DNA from: Andalucia godoyi And28
Taxonomy: Eukaryota; Protista; Jakobida
Length of the DNA: 64,000 nt
Assembly: GCA_009859145.1 (NCBI GenBank)
Contig: VRVR01000029.1
Location: 124,001-188,000 of the forward strand
Reading direction: 5' to 3'
Positions 10,134-20,222 of this stretch are shown in pieces. Every line of letters starts with the position of its first letter. The stretch's first letter is position 1. The notes beneath the pieces are model-generated. The model was not told the DNA's origin. It saw nothing but the letters and a program-made list of their open reading frames with translations, and made no database searches. The position numbers and the translations under genes are program-made.

Positions 10134-10964
10134 ATGTCGATAAAGGATATATCCAGCGAGTTGGAGTCGAAAATTTCGTCGTTGAAGGAGCTCATGTTGT
10201 GGCGCAGTCTCGAGTCTGGGTCGGATGCGCTCCAGATGCTGCGACAAGTTTCTGCGGCAGTGTCGGAAATTGAGGCGAGTGTTTCCAAATGCCAAGCATA
10301 TGCAGATGACGAAGAGCGGTACCTTCCGTTGTGTGAGAAATTGGCGCTTGCAATTCAGCATCAGAAGACGCACATTCAAAGCATCAAAGACTCTCTGCCG
10401 GAGCGCTTGCCTGGCCGAAAGCAGGCAAAGTCTGAAGCTGCGGAATTGTCAGAAAGACCTAGAAAAGTTGCAAAGAAGGACCCATCAAATGAACGGCCAT
10501 CGGAGGCCAGCGCTGCGTCCATAAGCCAGTCGAAAGACGCAGGCACCAGCAGTGGTGGCAGTAGTGGCAGTGGTGGAGCAGTCTCCATGACTATTTCTCT
10601 GCTGACGGCGTCTGAACTGGAATCGATCCCAAAGTACATGCGAGGTCGGTGGACGTTGGAAAAGATCAACGCTGCGATTGAGGAGATCAATGGCCTGGTT
10701 GCGAAGAAGTTTACGCTGTGGAATACGCCGATTTCAAAGATTGGTTCGGACGAGGAACGAGCGCTATACCATGCATTCAGGGAATCCGAGACTCCCGAGG
10801 TCAAAGGGACCGTCTTTTTGACCGATGCAGAGCTCAAGCAGCATTGTCCTTCTTTCAAGATGGATGCCTCTGCAAGGTCTCTGGTTCAAATGCTGCGACA
10901 TGTGGCAAGAGTCAAGGAAGTCCGACCGAGGGGATCGTCCAACGTCGCCTACACCATTTCCTGA
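10134..10964 (+). CDS. SKA1: Spindle and kinetochore-associated protein 1
   Basis: N-terminal coiled coil, linker, then C-terminal domain ELESIPKYMRGRWTLEKINAAIEEIN...LVQMLRHVARVKEVR. First ATG at 10134. Confidence 0.85.
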   Translation: MSIKDISSELESKISSLKELMLWRSLESGSDALQMLRQVSAAVSEIEASVSKCQAYADDEERYLPLCEKLALAIQHQKTHIQSIKDSLPERLPGRKQAKSEAAELSERPRKVAKKDPSNERPSEASAASISQSKDAGTSSGGSSGSGGAVSMTISLLTASELESIPKYMRGRWTLEKINAAIEEINGLVAKKFTLWNTPISKIGSDEERALYHAFRESETPEVKGTVFLTDAELKQHCPSFKMDASARSLVQMLRHVARVKEVRPRGSSNVAYTIS

Positions 10965-11116
10965 TTGGATACGCGGCGGGGAAAGACTGGCGCTGGCGCA
11001 CGTGATTCATGTACAATTCAATCTTAATTTTATTTATTTATTTATTTATTTTTCTTAAGCGTTCAGTGATCGTTTCTCCTTTGTAGCAATAGTTTAATCA
11101 TGGAGTAGTCGGAAGC

Positions 11117-14100
11117 TTACCGCGCCATTGACGACAGCACGGTGTCCAGACGAGATGCATCATTCTGCAAACTGGCAGATACGAAAGCGACCATTCTGTG
11201 CATGTTGGTGTACGTCTCTAGAGCACGTGAATAGCCAGCTGCGTCGGAAACCACAGAAGCTGGAATGCCGGCGAGAACAGCAACATTGAGACCGAAAGAA
11301 CGTGGAGCATACCCGGGAACAAGCTTGTAGAGAAATGTGATGGTGTCCGCTGAGAGCGCAGCATCGGCAGTGGCGCCGGTGCCGGTGCCGGCGTTCTCCA
11401 CAAACCCCATATAATAGCTAGAGACACCTTCTTGAGCACTCAACATTGCAAAATGGGTAACGAACAGCGTGACGCACTTCTTCACTGTTCGCATGAAATC
11501 GGCTACTGCCCAAGCAATCGCCATTCCATCATGCGTAGAAGTGCCGCGCCCAAGCTCATCAAAAATGACCAACGATCGACTGGAGCTGCCTTGTATGATC
11601 AAAGACGTTTCGTACAACTCCGAGAAGAAGGTAGATTTGCCGTTATTGATATCATCCGCAGCTCCCATTCGAATGAAGATGCCGTCGAAAACACCAAGAG
11701 AACATTTCTCCGCAGGCACAAAGCAGCCCACGTGCGCCAACAAGACGGTCCACCCAACCATTCGCAGAGCTGTGGATTTGCCTCCCAAATTGGGCCCAGT
11801 AATGATCATGGTTTCCCCTTCCTTTAGAAGAACGTCGTTCGTAATCACCGTCGCCGAATCCAACAGAGGATGCCGACCGCCGGAAATGCTCAGACGACAC
11901 GATACGGATGACCCATCTTCCTCCACCAACACATCTGGCTTCGTCAACCCATCCGAGATCGAAAGCTGGGCAAACGAATGCACAACGTCTTCATCGGCAA
12001 GATCCCGGATAAAACACAAAAACAGCTCGTAGTTATCGCTTCCCCGGAACGTATCCAGAAACGAGCTCCATTTCGACTGACGGAACATCTCCTTGCGATC
12101 CCGGAAGGCTTGTAGCTCGTCAACCAATTTCTTCACCGCAGCAGAATGGTAACGGACAACAGCCTTCGTTGCAGACACCTGTTCCCATGATTTCGGTACC
12201 CTGGACACAAACTGCCGCTCGATCTCAAACAAGCATTCCGTCTGGAGCCAGGATGTGTATTCGAGTTTCGAAATCCTGAGTGTTTTGCGTGCTTCCTCCA
12301 ATTCAGACTGAAGCGACTTTTTGATTCTATCAAAGTCGGGAGCATATTCCTTCTCGCAAGCAACGTCAATCGACCGAATGTCCGCGCGTAATCCCGAAAT
12401 GATTGCGCTCTCGAATCCAAACTGAGAGAGAATCTTCAGGAACGCGTCAAACTCCTGCTCTCCGCACTTCAAGACGCAACACTTGGTAAGAGTTCGGTCC
12501 AAATCTCCACATTTGCGAAGCAGAGCAACTCGGCGAGCGGTTTCATCATCCCGTGATTGGATCCTTCCCATCATGCTTTCCAAATCGGAAATCTTCTTTC
12601 GAATGGCGTTTCCGTTGCTCAAAGGATGCGCAAATAAGTACTTCAAACGGCGCTTTCCCATAGGAGACGAGACCATCGGAAACAGCTTCCGACGAAGGAA
12701 CTCGTCGACTTGAAGATTGGAATAGGCCGAGCCATCAAACGAAAATCCGCTCAAGTCCTTGAGAGTCGTCGTCGGAGTGCTGGATGACACGGCTTTTTCG
12801 AGATTGAAGTCCGTGAGATATGAAACAAGGGCGTCTTCTAGATTTGCAGGGTCGCCATTCAAAGGCGAAAACACTTCCAAACGAGTGCCACTTCCAATTT
12901 GACAGGCTTGCTCCATCAAAGGACAATCCTCCGAGATTAATATTTCCTGGGGACTGTACCGCAGACGAATATCGTCATAGTCTGTCAGAAATCCCTTGAT
13001 CAGCTGTCGCGTGCTGAGAGAAAACAGTAAACATTTCGTTTTAGAAAGCAGCAAAATAGGACACTCCTCGACGTTATCATCGCCGAGTTGCGCAAGAGTC
13101 CCCTTGGTGAATAGACCAGTGATTCCGCGCTTGAAGATTCCACTGGTCTGCTTCAAAGCCCTCGTTTCGAGTTGCCCAACAGTGGCGCACTTGTAGCCCA
13201 AATTGCAAAGTCTGCGAATGTGAACATGTAAGCGCTGAACTGGAATGGAGCCGGTCTGGAAATTCTTATCCATATGCATGAAAATTGACAATTCTTTGGA
13301 AGCAATCAACGCATCACGACCAAAAAATCGGTATCGATAACCGCACTCGACGAACAATACGACGTCTGCGTACCTGGGGTCTGTCTTGAGAGAGACGATT
13401 ACTTGTTCCAAAGGAGTTAATTTCTCTGCAAATTTCTTGAGGTCAAACCGGAGGCCAGGCAACGACTCCAGCTCATCCTGATCCAGCTCGGACGCCATGA
13501 AAATGGGATCATGCTGGGCGTTTCCCACTTGGAGATCGACAACCTGGTCCGCAGAAACAGCCTTTGACGATTTGGATTTGCCATTCCCAGTGCTCTTTGG
13601 GAAGTCGATCTTGCGCGTCGCAGAATACAGCTCTGTCCGTTTTCTTTTTGCTGAGCTCGCAGCTGCTTCTTTATCCGTCGGTGCATTGGAACGCTTTCGG
13701 CTTCCAAATCTCTTCGCTGTCTTTTTTTCATCCGCAGTTTCTCCGTCGTCACTTGCAATCGATGAATCACTTTCTTCATCCAGGACGTCATCAACAGCAT
13801 CATCGCCATTCGAAGATTCGACTACCGCCATCTCAGTGTCCGACGGCGCATATTCGCTTGCATGAGAGCTGCTCGTGTCATCATCATTGTCAGCGCCATC
13901 CTCATCTTCTGAATCTGAGACGAGAAGCCGACGATTCGAGCTCGCTCCTTTCGAAGTTCTTTTTTCCTTTGCGGTCTCCAAAGTCTTTGGCGTCGGCCGC
14001 GGCGTTTTCACACGTCGTGCAACACCGGCCACGAGCTTCGGAGACACGCCCGACTTCATGTTTTCCTCGAGATTCTCATCTTTCGGTGGGGAAACCGTCT

Positions 14101-14248
14101 TCTCCACTCGAACTTGCTCAGGTGTCACAGCAATCGATGCGGGGGTGTTCGGCGACGTAGACGGCTTTTGTGATGATGGACTAAAGAAGCTGGATATCTT
14201 TGCTTGCGACTTTGCCACATCGGAAACCACTTTTGATTTCGGCGGCAT
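11117..14248 (-). CDS. MSH3: MutS homologue, MSH3 type
   Basis: N-terminal PIP box QAKISSFF. MSH3-type domain I LTPLEQ...VECGYRYRFFGRDALIASKEL...SIPVQRLHVHIRRL. ATPase motifs TGPNLGGKST, STFFSEL, VIFDELGRGTST, LFVTHF, RSFGLNVA. Confidence 0.92.
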   Translation of the reverse strand: MPPKSKVVSDVAKSQAKISSFFSPSSQKPSTSPNTPASIAVTPEQVRVEKTVSPPKDENLEENMKSGVSPKLVAGVARRVKTPRPTPKTLETAKEKRTSKGASSNRRLLVSDSEDEDGADNDDDTSSSHASEYAPSDTEMAVVESSNGDDAVDDVLDEESDSSIASDDGETADEKKTAKRFGSRKRSNAPTDKEAAASSAKRKRTELYSATRKIDFPKSTGNGKSKSSKAVSADQVVDLQVGNAQHDPIFMASELDQDELESLPGLRFDLKKFAEKLTPLEQVIVSLKTDPRYADVVLFVECGYRYRFFGRDALIASKELSIFMHMDKNFQTGSIPVQRLHVHIRRLCNLGYKCATVGQLETRALKQTSGIFKRGITGLFTKGTLAQLGDDNVEECPILLLSKTKCLLFSLSTRQLIKGFLTDYDDIRLRYSPQEILISEDCPLMEQACQIGSGTRLEVFSPLNGDPANLEDALVSYLTDFNLEKAVSSSTPTTTLKDLSGFSFDGSAYSNLQVDEFLRRKLFPMVSSPMGKRRLKYLFAHPLSNGNAIRKKISDLESMMGRIQSRDDETARRVALLRKCGDLDRTLTKCCVLKCGEQEFDAFLKILSQFGFESAIISGLRADIRSIDVACEKEYAPDFDRIKKSLQSELEEARKTLRISKLEYTSWLQTECLFEIERQFVSRVPKSWEQVSATKAVVRYHSAAVKKLVDELQAFRDRKEMFRQSKWSSFLDTFRGSDNYELFLCFIRDLADEDVVHSFAQLSISDGLTKPDVLVEEDGSSVSCRLSISGGRHPLLDSATVITNDVLLKEGETMIITGPNLGGKSTALRMVGWTVLLAHVGCFVPAEKCSLGVFDGIFIRMGAADDINNGKSTFFSELYETSLIIQGSSSRSLVIFDELGRGTSTHDGMAIAWAVADFMRTVKKCVTLFVTHFAMLSAQEGVSSYYMGFVENAGTGTGATADAALSADTITFLYKLVPGYAPRSFGLNVAVLAGIPASVVSDAAGYSRALETYTNMHRMVAFVSASLQNDASRLDTVLSSMAR

Positions 14249-14674
14249 TCACGGAGTTCAGATACACTACTGCTGTTAACTGTGATGGACTAATAAATAA
14301 ATAAATAGGTACTCCCGTGTGCAAATTGCCGGGAAACTTTGGAGAAGACGAGAAAAAAGCAGTGAAAATGAAAACCTTACATATGTAAAAATTTGAAAAA
14401 ACCGAAAGAAACCATGAGAACAAAAAAATACCATATGTCCGTCTGCTTCCCGCCAACTCGAGACTCCCTCGCAAGAGGAGGACTCGGGGAATAAACATGC
14501 ATGTGCTAATGTACAAGACCTGCGGAGTCTTGTGGGGGGGGGGAAATCTCCGCTCTCCCGACCACGAGAGTCCAAAAAAACGAGAGTCAGTTGTTTTTTT
14601 CTAGAGGAAAATACTCTGAGACAAGGTTTGTCAACTTGTCAACTTGTGAAGTTGTGGGTTGTGGGTTGGAGGAG

Positions 14675-15523
14675 ATGCAGGGATTCGTGTCTGTGTCGGT
14701 GATTCTGATGGTGCTTGCTGTGTTTGGGGACTTTGGTTCTTGCAGACGGCTAATGACGCAGTACGGACCGGTGTCCGAGTCGCGGATTCCATCGTATTCT
14801 CATGAAAATCTGTTGGCAAGTCTGCCTTCGTCATTCGATTACCGGAGCGCTCATCCTCACTGTGTTCAGTATGTAATGGACCAGGGCGACTGCTCAAGTT
14901 GCTGGGCGTTTTCAGCCGCGACTTCTCTCAGTGACCGATTCTGCATTGCTGGCAACATGACCTCGCCGATGTTTCTGTCGCCGCAGGATCTCATGGATTG
15001 CGAGCTGGAGCACATTGGCTGTGAAATGGGCTCGCTGCCTTCTGATGCATGGAGCCATTTGGTGCATGTTGGCGTGGCGGATATGGCGTGTGTTCCGTAC
15101 AATGGTCCGGAGTCTCAGACCGTTGAAATGTGCACTCTTGGAAAATGCCGGGACTCGGAGGATCCTGTGACTCGGTACAAAGCCAGGAACTCTACGCACA
15201 TCCATACGGTTGAGGACATGATGGCGGAAGTCGTGGGCAACGGGCCGATCGGTGTGACGTTCAATGTGTATTCGGATTTTGATGGATACGAAGGCGGTGT
15301 GTACACCAAGGGAGAGAAGGTCTCGTGGGAGGGTTTGCACAGCGTGGTCATTGTCGGCTACGATACCATTGATGGTGTGCCAGCGTGGATCGTGCGAAAC
15401 AGCTGGGGTGCGCAGTGGGGGCCGTATCAAGGATACTTTTACATCAAGCGAGGATCGAACGAGTGCGGAATCGAAGCGCTTGCCTACACTGGGATCCCCG
15501 ATCTCAACAAGCACGCCTTTTAG
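14675..15523 (+). CDS. Cathepsin B-like C1A cysteine protease, secreted or lysosomal, 282 aa
   Basis: Signal peptide MQGFVSVSVILMVLAVFG, LPSSFDYR, DQGDCSSCWAF (catalytic Cys), LSPQDLMDC, GLHSVVIVGY (His), WIVRNSWG (Asn). Confidence 0.93.
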   Translation: MQGFVSVSVILMVLAVFGDFGSCRRLMTQYGPVSESRIPSYSHENLLASLPSSFDYRSAHPHCVQYVMDQGDCSSCWAFSAATSLSDRFCIAGNMTSPMFLSPQDLMDCELEHIGCEMGSLPSDAWSHLVHVGVADMACVPYNGPESQTVEMCTLGKCRDSEDPVTRYKARNSTHIHTVEDMMAEVVGNGPIGVTFNVYSDFDGYEGGVYTKGEKVSWEGLHSVVIVGYDTIDGVPAWIVRNSWGAQWGPYQGYFYIKRGSNECGIEALAYTGIPDLNKHAF

Positions 15524-15682
15524 TGAATTTTTTTCACAACAGAGTGCGAGCTTTTTGTATTTGTTGAAGAACTGTGTTTATATGTTGAAAAATGGCGTCA
15601 TTATTAACATTGTTTTCCTTTATTGGTATTTTTTAATATTTTCGTATTTCCTGGCTCTTCCAAGTTCCAGTGTGCAGTCTAC

Positions 15683-15940
15683 TTATGCAGATTCTTGCTC
15701 AAGAGTGATGAGAACCTTGTCATGGGCACCCTTCAGCAGCAACGGGGAATCATAGCTGATGATCTTGCGCTGTTTCGCGGCTTTGAGCGTTCCTGCAAGT
15801 GCCTCGAACACATCCTGCGTGGCATCAAACAACGTTCCAAACGCAACAACAGGCTTTCCGGAAGCGTTCTTCTCCGTCGACAGTTTTGCAATCCACTCCT
15901 GCAAATGCCGGATTTCTGTATTCACGGATTCTGCATTCAT
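15683..15940 (-). CDS. ABRACL: Costars family protein, 85 aa
   Basis: VAFGTLFD...FEALAGTLKAAKQRKIISYDSPLLLKGAHDKVLITL matches the Costars domain. Confidence 0.93.
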   Translation of the reverse strand: MNAESVNTEIRHLQEWIAKLSTEKNASGKPVVAFGTLFDATQDVFEALAGTLKAAKQRKIISYDSPLLLKGAHDKVLITLEQESA

Positions 15941-16350
15941 CTCGCCCGTATTTTTGCCTTCCTTTTTTTCCTTCCTTCCTTTTTTTTTTCTTTTTTCCTC
16001 TCTGTCTTTTTTTATTGTTGTTTAAGAATCAGTTCCCATGGTAAATGACAGAGAGGTTGTCCAGATTCTACGGGCGCGTTGAACGTTGTTGCGAGTGAGG
16101 TCGAGCAAGTCGAAAGTCTCGAACCTCGAATATCGTCAAATTCGCATCAAAAACAAAACCTGGCGGATAAAAAGGCCCGATTGGGGAAAAGGCCGATGCT
16201 TTCATACTTTCCTTCGATCGGCAAATGCATGATTTGGGATTTGCCGTGTGGACTCCGTCCTGCAGAAACCACATCTTTTTTTCTTTTTTTGTAGAGACGT
16301 ACACCCCGACACAGACGGGTCGAGGAGCTGTGGAGTAGGAGAGGGCGAAA

Positions 16351-17424
16351 ATGACGACAGGCAAGTTTGCAGGCGAGTTTCAGAAAGTTCCCGTGATTGA
16401 CATTTCTTCGCTTGTTGAGGACAGCAGTACGAGAGAGCGCAAAGAAGAGTGCGGCAGACTGATTCACGAAGCTTGTGTGAACGTTGGTTTTTTTTATGTG
16501 TCGAATCACGGAGTGTCAGAGGCTCTGATGGCGCGGTTGGAACGGATTTCTCGGGAGTTCTTTAAACAGGATGTTGCAGAAAAAATGAAGTTTCATATGG
16601 CGAATGGTGGTCGAGCGTGGCGAGGTTACTTTCGTGTTGGGGATGAGCTGACTTCCGGTAAGCCAGACATCAAAGAAGGCATTTATTTTGGACAGGAACT
16701 CGCCGATGATCATCCGATGGTTCTGGCAGGAATCCCAATGTTTGGACGAAACCTTTTTCCAAGTACCGATATGAAGGAAGCTGTCCTGGAATATCAGGCT
16801 GCGCTCGAACGTCTTGGCTTTCAGATTTTGCAGGGAATTGCGGTGGGGCTTGGTCTTCCGTTCGATTTCTTTTCTTCCACAATCTTCAAGGATCCAGTAG
16901 AGCTATTTCGCATTTTCAATTACCCTCCAGATCCTAAACTCCAGCAGATTCCAGATTACTTCTCCGTAGGAGTGCACACGGATTACGGCGGCATTACTAT
17001 TCTCAGACAGGATTCTTCTGGAGGTCTTATGGTTCAGAACCGCAATAACGAGTGGATCCCGGCTCCTCCCGTTTCGGGTACCTTTGTCATCAACATTGGA
17101 GATATGATGGAGACGCTGACAAGTGGCCTCTATCGGTCAACCCCGCACTGCGTGAAGAATCCTCAGCCATTTGACCGACTTTCGTACCCGTTTTTCTTTG
17201 ATCCGGATTTCAACGCTCGTTTGTCTGCCATCCCATTGTCTCCAGAACATCTAGAAAAGGCTGCCGAGTGCAGACGGCAGAGCGAAGCCGCCGGATTCAG
17301 AAGATGGGATGGCAAGTCCGTGGTCAGTGTTACTGGGACATATGGCGACTATCTGCTGCACAAAGTTGGAAAGGTCTTTCCGGAGCTGGCAGTCCGTCAA
17401 ATTCAAAACGGATCGCAGCAATAG
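16351..17424 (+). CDS. 2-oxoglutarate/Fe(II) dioxygenase, IPNS-like (DIOX_N + 2OG-FeII_Oxy)
   Basis: VPVIDIS...ACVNVGFFYVSNHGV. Iron triad HTD...H (YRSTPHCV). RxS motif in RLSYPFFFDP. Confidence 0.93.
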   Translation: MTTGKFAGEFQKVPVIDISSLVEDSSTRERKEECGRLIHEACVNVGFFYVSNHGVSEALMARLERISREFFKQDVAEKMKFHMANGGRAWRGYFRVGDELTSGKPDIKEGIYFGQELADDHPMVLAGIPMFGRNLFPSTDMKEAVLEYQAALERLGFQILQGIAVGLGLPFDFFSSTIFKDPVELFRIFNYPPDPKLQQIPDYFSVGVHTDYGGITILRQDSSGGLMVQNRNNEWIPAPPVSGTFVINIGDMMETLTSGLYRSTPHCVKNPQPFDRLSYPFFFDPDFNARLSAIPLSPEHLEKAAECRRQSEAAGFRRWDGKSVVSVTGTYGDYLLHKVGKVFPELAVRQIQNGSQQ

Positions 17425-17503
17425 ATACCAGTGCTACTCCGAGTCTCACTTCCCGGCGATATTACACCAGCAAGAAAAAAGCAAGGCTGAATTCAAAGTA
17501 CTA

Positions 17504-17715
17504 CCCTCCAACCCAAACATTTGTCTCGCATGCTGCGCCTCAGACAGATTTTATGGCGTAAAGTGACGTTTACAATCTGCATCAGCGCCCATCATCAATT
17601 ACAAGGAATCGGTTGTCAGTATTCAACAGTGTCTCACTGGGCCTCGACCTGCACCCCTTCAACCATACTATCCGATGATACTCACAGCCATCCACCAGAC
17701 GTTTGAGATGGAGGG
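17504..17715 (-). ncRNA. Duplicated 212-nt element, copy 1; candidate structured, box C/D-like ncRNA
   Basis: Near-identical to 20223-20446. A ~20-bp terminal stem whose G-U pairs work only on the minus strand. TGATGA and three CTGA motifs on the minus strand. The repeat is certain; the ncRNA identity is inferred. Confidence 0.45.
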
Positions 17716-17925
17716 TTATAAACCGAAAAAAGGGGGAGAACAGACAGAAAAGAGAAACGTTTGAAATGCATGAGCATAAGAGACACATTTATACATCAGA
17801 AAAGAGACAAGGAGTGAGAGAAATATCGTTTTGCTTCCAGAAAAGTGAAGTAACGAGCATTTTGGCGTAGAAAGAGAAGAGGGAAGAGAGAGAACATCAC
17901 GAACCAAGGAAATCGAGGCCAACCA

Positions 17926-17929
<4 letters not shown>

Positions 17930-17986
<57 letters not shown>
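17930..17986. repeat. (GA)n microsatellite
   Basis: Read directly, 3' of the Q/GM-rich gene. Confidence 0.95.
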
Positions 17987-17991
<5 letters not shown>

Positions 17992-18015
17992 GACGTCATC
18001 TTCACCGTGTCAAAA

Positions 18016-19354
18016 TTATGATGCCGTCGCGGCGGAGTCGGTAGTCGGGGGAACAGAAGAAGATGCGGAACCGGATCCTGCAGCTGGCAAAGAACCTGCA
18101 TTGTCGCCTTCTGCCTCTTCCTCCTCGTCCTCCGAGCCGTCTTCGTCGTCCTCTCCGTCGCTGTCGTCAGAGTCGTCTTCTCCGTCCTTCTTGTCCTTTG
18201 ACGAACGAGTCTTTCCATTCTTGACCTTGACTTCATTCTTGCAACTGACCAACAAGAGGCCTGGGAAGACGGCAATGCTCTGCGTGTCAACATGCTTACG
18301 AAGCGCGTAGAACTTGTTAACAATCTTGCGCGCTGGACGAGTTGATGGAGACCACACGTAAAGAGACGGACATCGCTTCACTGGGCGCCATCGCACATCG
18401 CGATACCGCTCCCGAAGCATCTGCACGCAATGCAGACCACACTTGTCTTTCAGCGGGTGGCGGATGGACGGTTTGAGAATCGGCATCGTTTCCAAATCCC
18501 GGGGAGTGAAGGATTCGAGCAGCTCAGACACCATGCGTGCCTTTCGAACGTCCATGTCACACAATCCATCAAAAAGCCGCTGAAACTTTGCAAGATCAAC
18601 ATTGAGAAGTTTCTGCGGCTGGGCATTGGGAAGCGCAGAAACACCACCAGGACCCGCGCCACTGGCCTGGCCGTCTCCGACCTGACCAGTTGGAAGCATC
18701 ATTGGGAACGGGGACATCCCTGGCATTCCGTTCATTCCCATCATTTGCATTGGCATAGGGAACGGGAAGCCGCCTGGTCCACCGCCATAGTTTGAACGGT
18801 CCATGGGCATTCCATATCCTGCCATGTTCATGCCAGCCATGCCCATGGGCATTCCCATTCCACCCATTCCCATACCGGGCATGCCGGGCATGCCCATCAT
18901 TCCGCCCATGCCGGGCATTCCGCCCATGCCCTGCATGCCACCCATTCCACCCATTCCACCCATTCCACCCATTCCACCCATCGCACCCATTGCAGTGACC
19001 ATACCGCCCGGGTTTCCTTGGGACGGGTTGCCCTGACCTGGATTGTTACTGTTTGCATTGGGATTCGATTGGGATCCAGCATTGGTGCTGTCTTCCTCGT
19101 TGCCTGCGCCACTGCCTGCATTCTGGGGACCACCACCGGGCCCCATATTCACGCTTGACATTTGCGGGAGCGCATAAGACGCAACCCCGCCACCAAACGA
19201 CGGATAATATGCAGAGTATTCACGGGGAATCTGCCCGACGTTCTGCTGCATCATGGAGCCGCCCTGGCCCTGTTGTCCCTGGCCTTGCTGGCCCTGGCCC
19301 ATTCCAGCGCCAACGGAATGCATGTCCGAAACCTGTTGGTTTTGTGACTGCTGG

Positions 19355-19392
<38 letters not shown>

Positions 19393-19644
19393 AGCGGCAT
19401 TCTGCTGGGCTTGTGCAAGCTGGTGTTGCGCCTGCTGGTGCATGAAACCGAGAGAGGCTGCAGTGTGCGAAGGAGCCATCGCAAAATGAGGGCCTGCACC
19501 AGGATATCCTGGGTGTCCGTGGCCCTGAACTTGCATTTGGCCAGGGTGCATCCCCTCCTCCCTGCTGTTCATCAAACTGTTGAATCGGGCATGGAAAGCA
19601 GCCCAGGATTCCTGCTGTGGAGTCTGCGACGGTTGTGCGGACAT
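18016..19644 (-). CDS. Low-complexity Q/G/M/N-rich protein with a basic C-terminal folded domain and acidic tail, 542 aa
   Basis: Start placed at MSAQPSQ (19644). PolyQ, GQGQQ, (GMG)n and MPGM repeats, then ~130 aa of ordinary sequence (KLLNVDLAKFQRLFD...LLLVSCK), then a D/E tract. Confidence 0.85.
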
Positions 19645-20222
19645 CACTGAAAAAGCGCGTATGTGTTGAAATAATGGATCGTAGCAACGGAAGCGGGAAG
19701 AAAGAAAAGTCGGTCGAGGCAGGTAAGCAAGAAGATTGCTTTGGCCACGGCAGATCAGGTGAGAATTCCTGAGCCTCCGGTCAGAATCCACATCACAGCA
19801 AACGGATGGCTTGCCCTGCCGTCTGACGGGCCATGAAAGCAAAGGATGGCAAGAATGCGAGATAACGGGACGACAAGACGGAGGTGGAAGTGCTTCACAT
19901 CGCACACGCCATCCATCAACCCATCATCTGCAATCACTGTGGAACATGCGTACAAGCAAACCGTGTAACGTATCCGCTCAATTCCCGCGCACTTCCAGGT
20001 TGTCCACGTGCTCCGACGTCTCAGGACCAAAAGTTGAACATGCGACCGCTCCACACCAACAATGGACGCACTGGCCAGCATATTTCACGCGGAGCAGAGG
20101 AGGAAAGAGCACGGCGTCTTTATTTTTTCACCCGTGCTTGCAGCGCACACCGGTAATGAGCGCAGCCTTTGCAAACTTCTCCACCGTTCCCCTCCCCCCG
20201 CCTTGCACAGTGAAAGTATTCA

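Noticed and set aside
14455-14590. Cluster of GAGTC/GACTC words and a G12 run in the MSH3/cathepsin divergent promoter
   Set aside because: Five-mers recur by chance, and I saw no consistent spacing or reuse in other promoters.
17504-17715. Assignment of the duplicated element as U3 snoRNA, a spliceosomal snRNA, a Stowaway MITE or an LTR
   Set aside because: There is no box A/18S-complementary 5' end, no Sm site, no shared target-site duplication, no TG..CA ends and no retroelement ORF between the copies.
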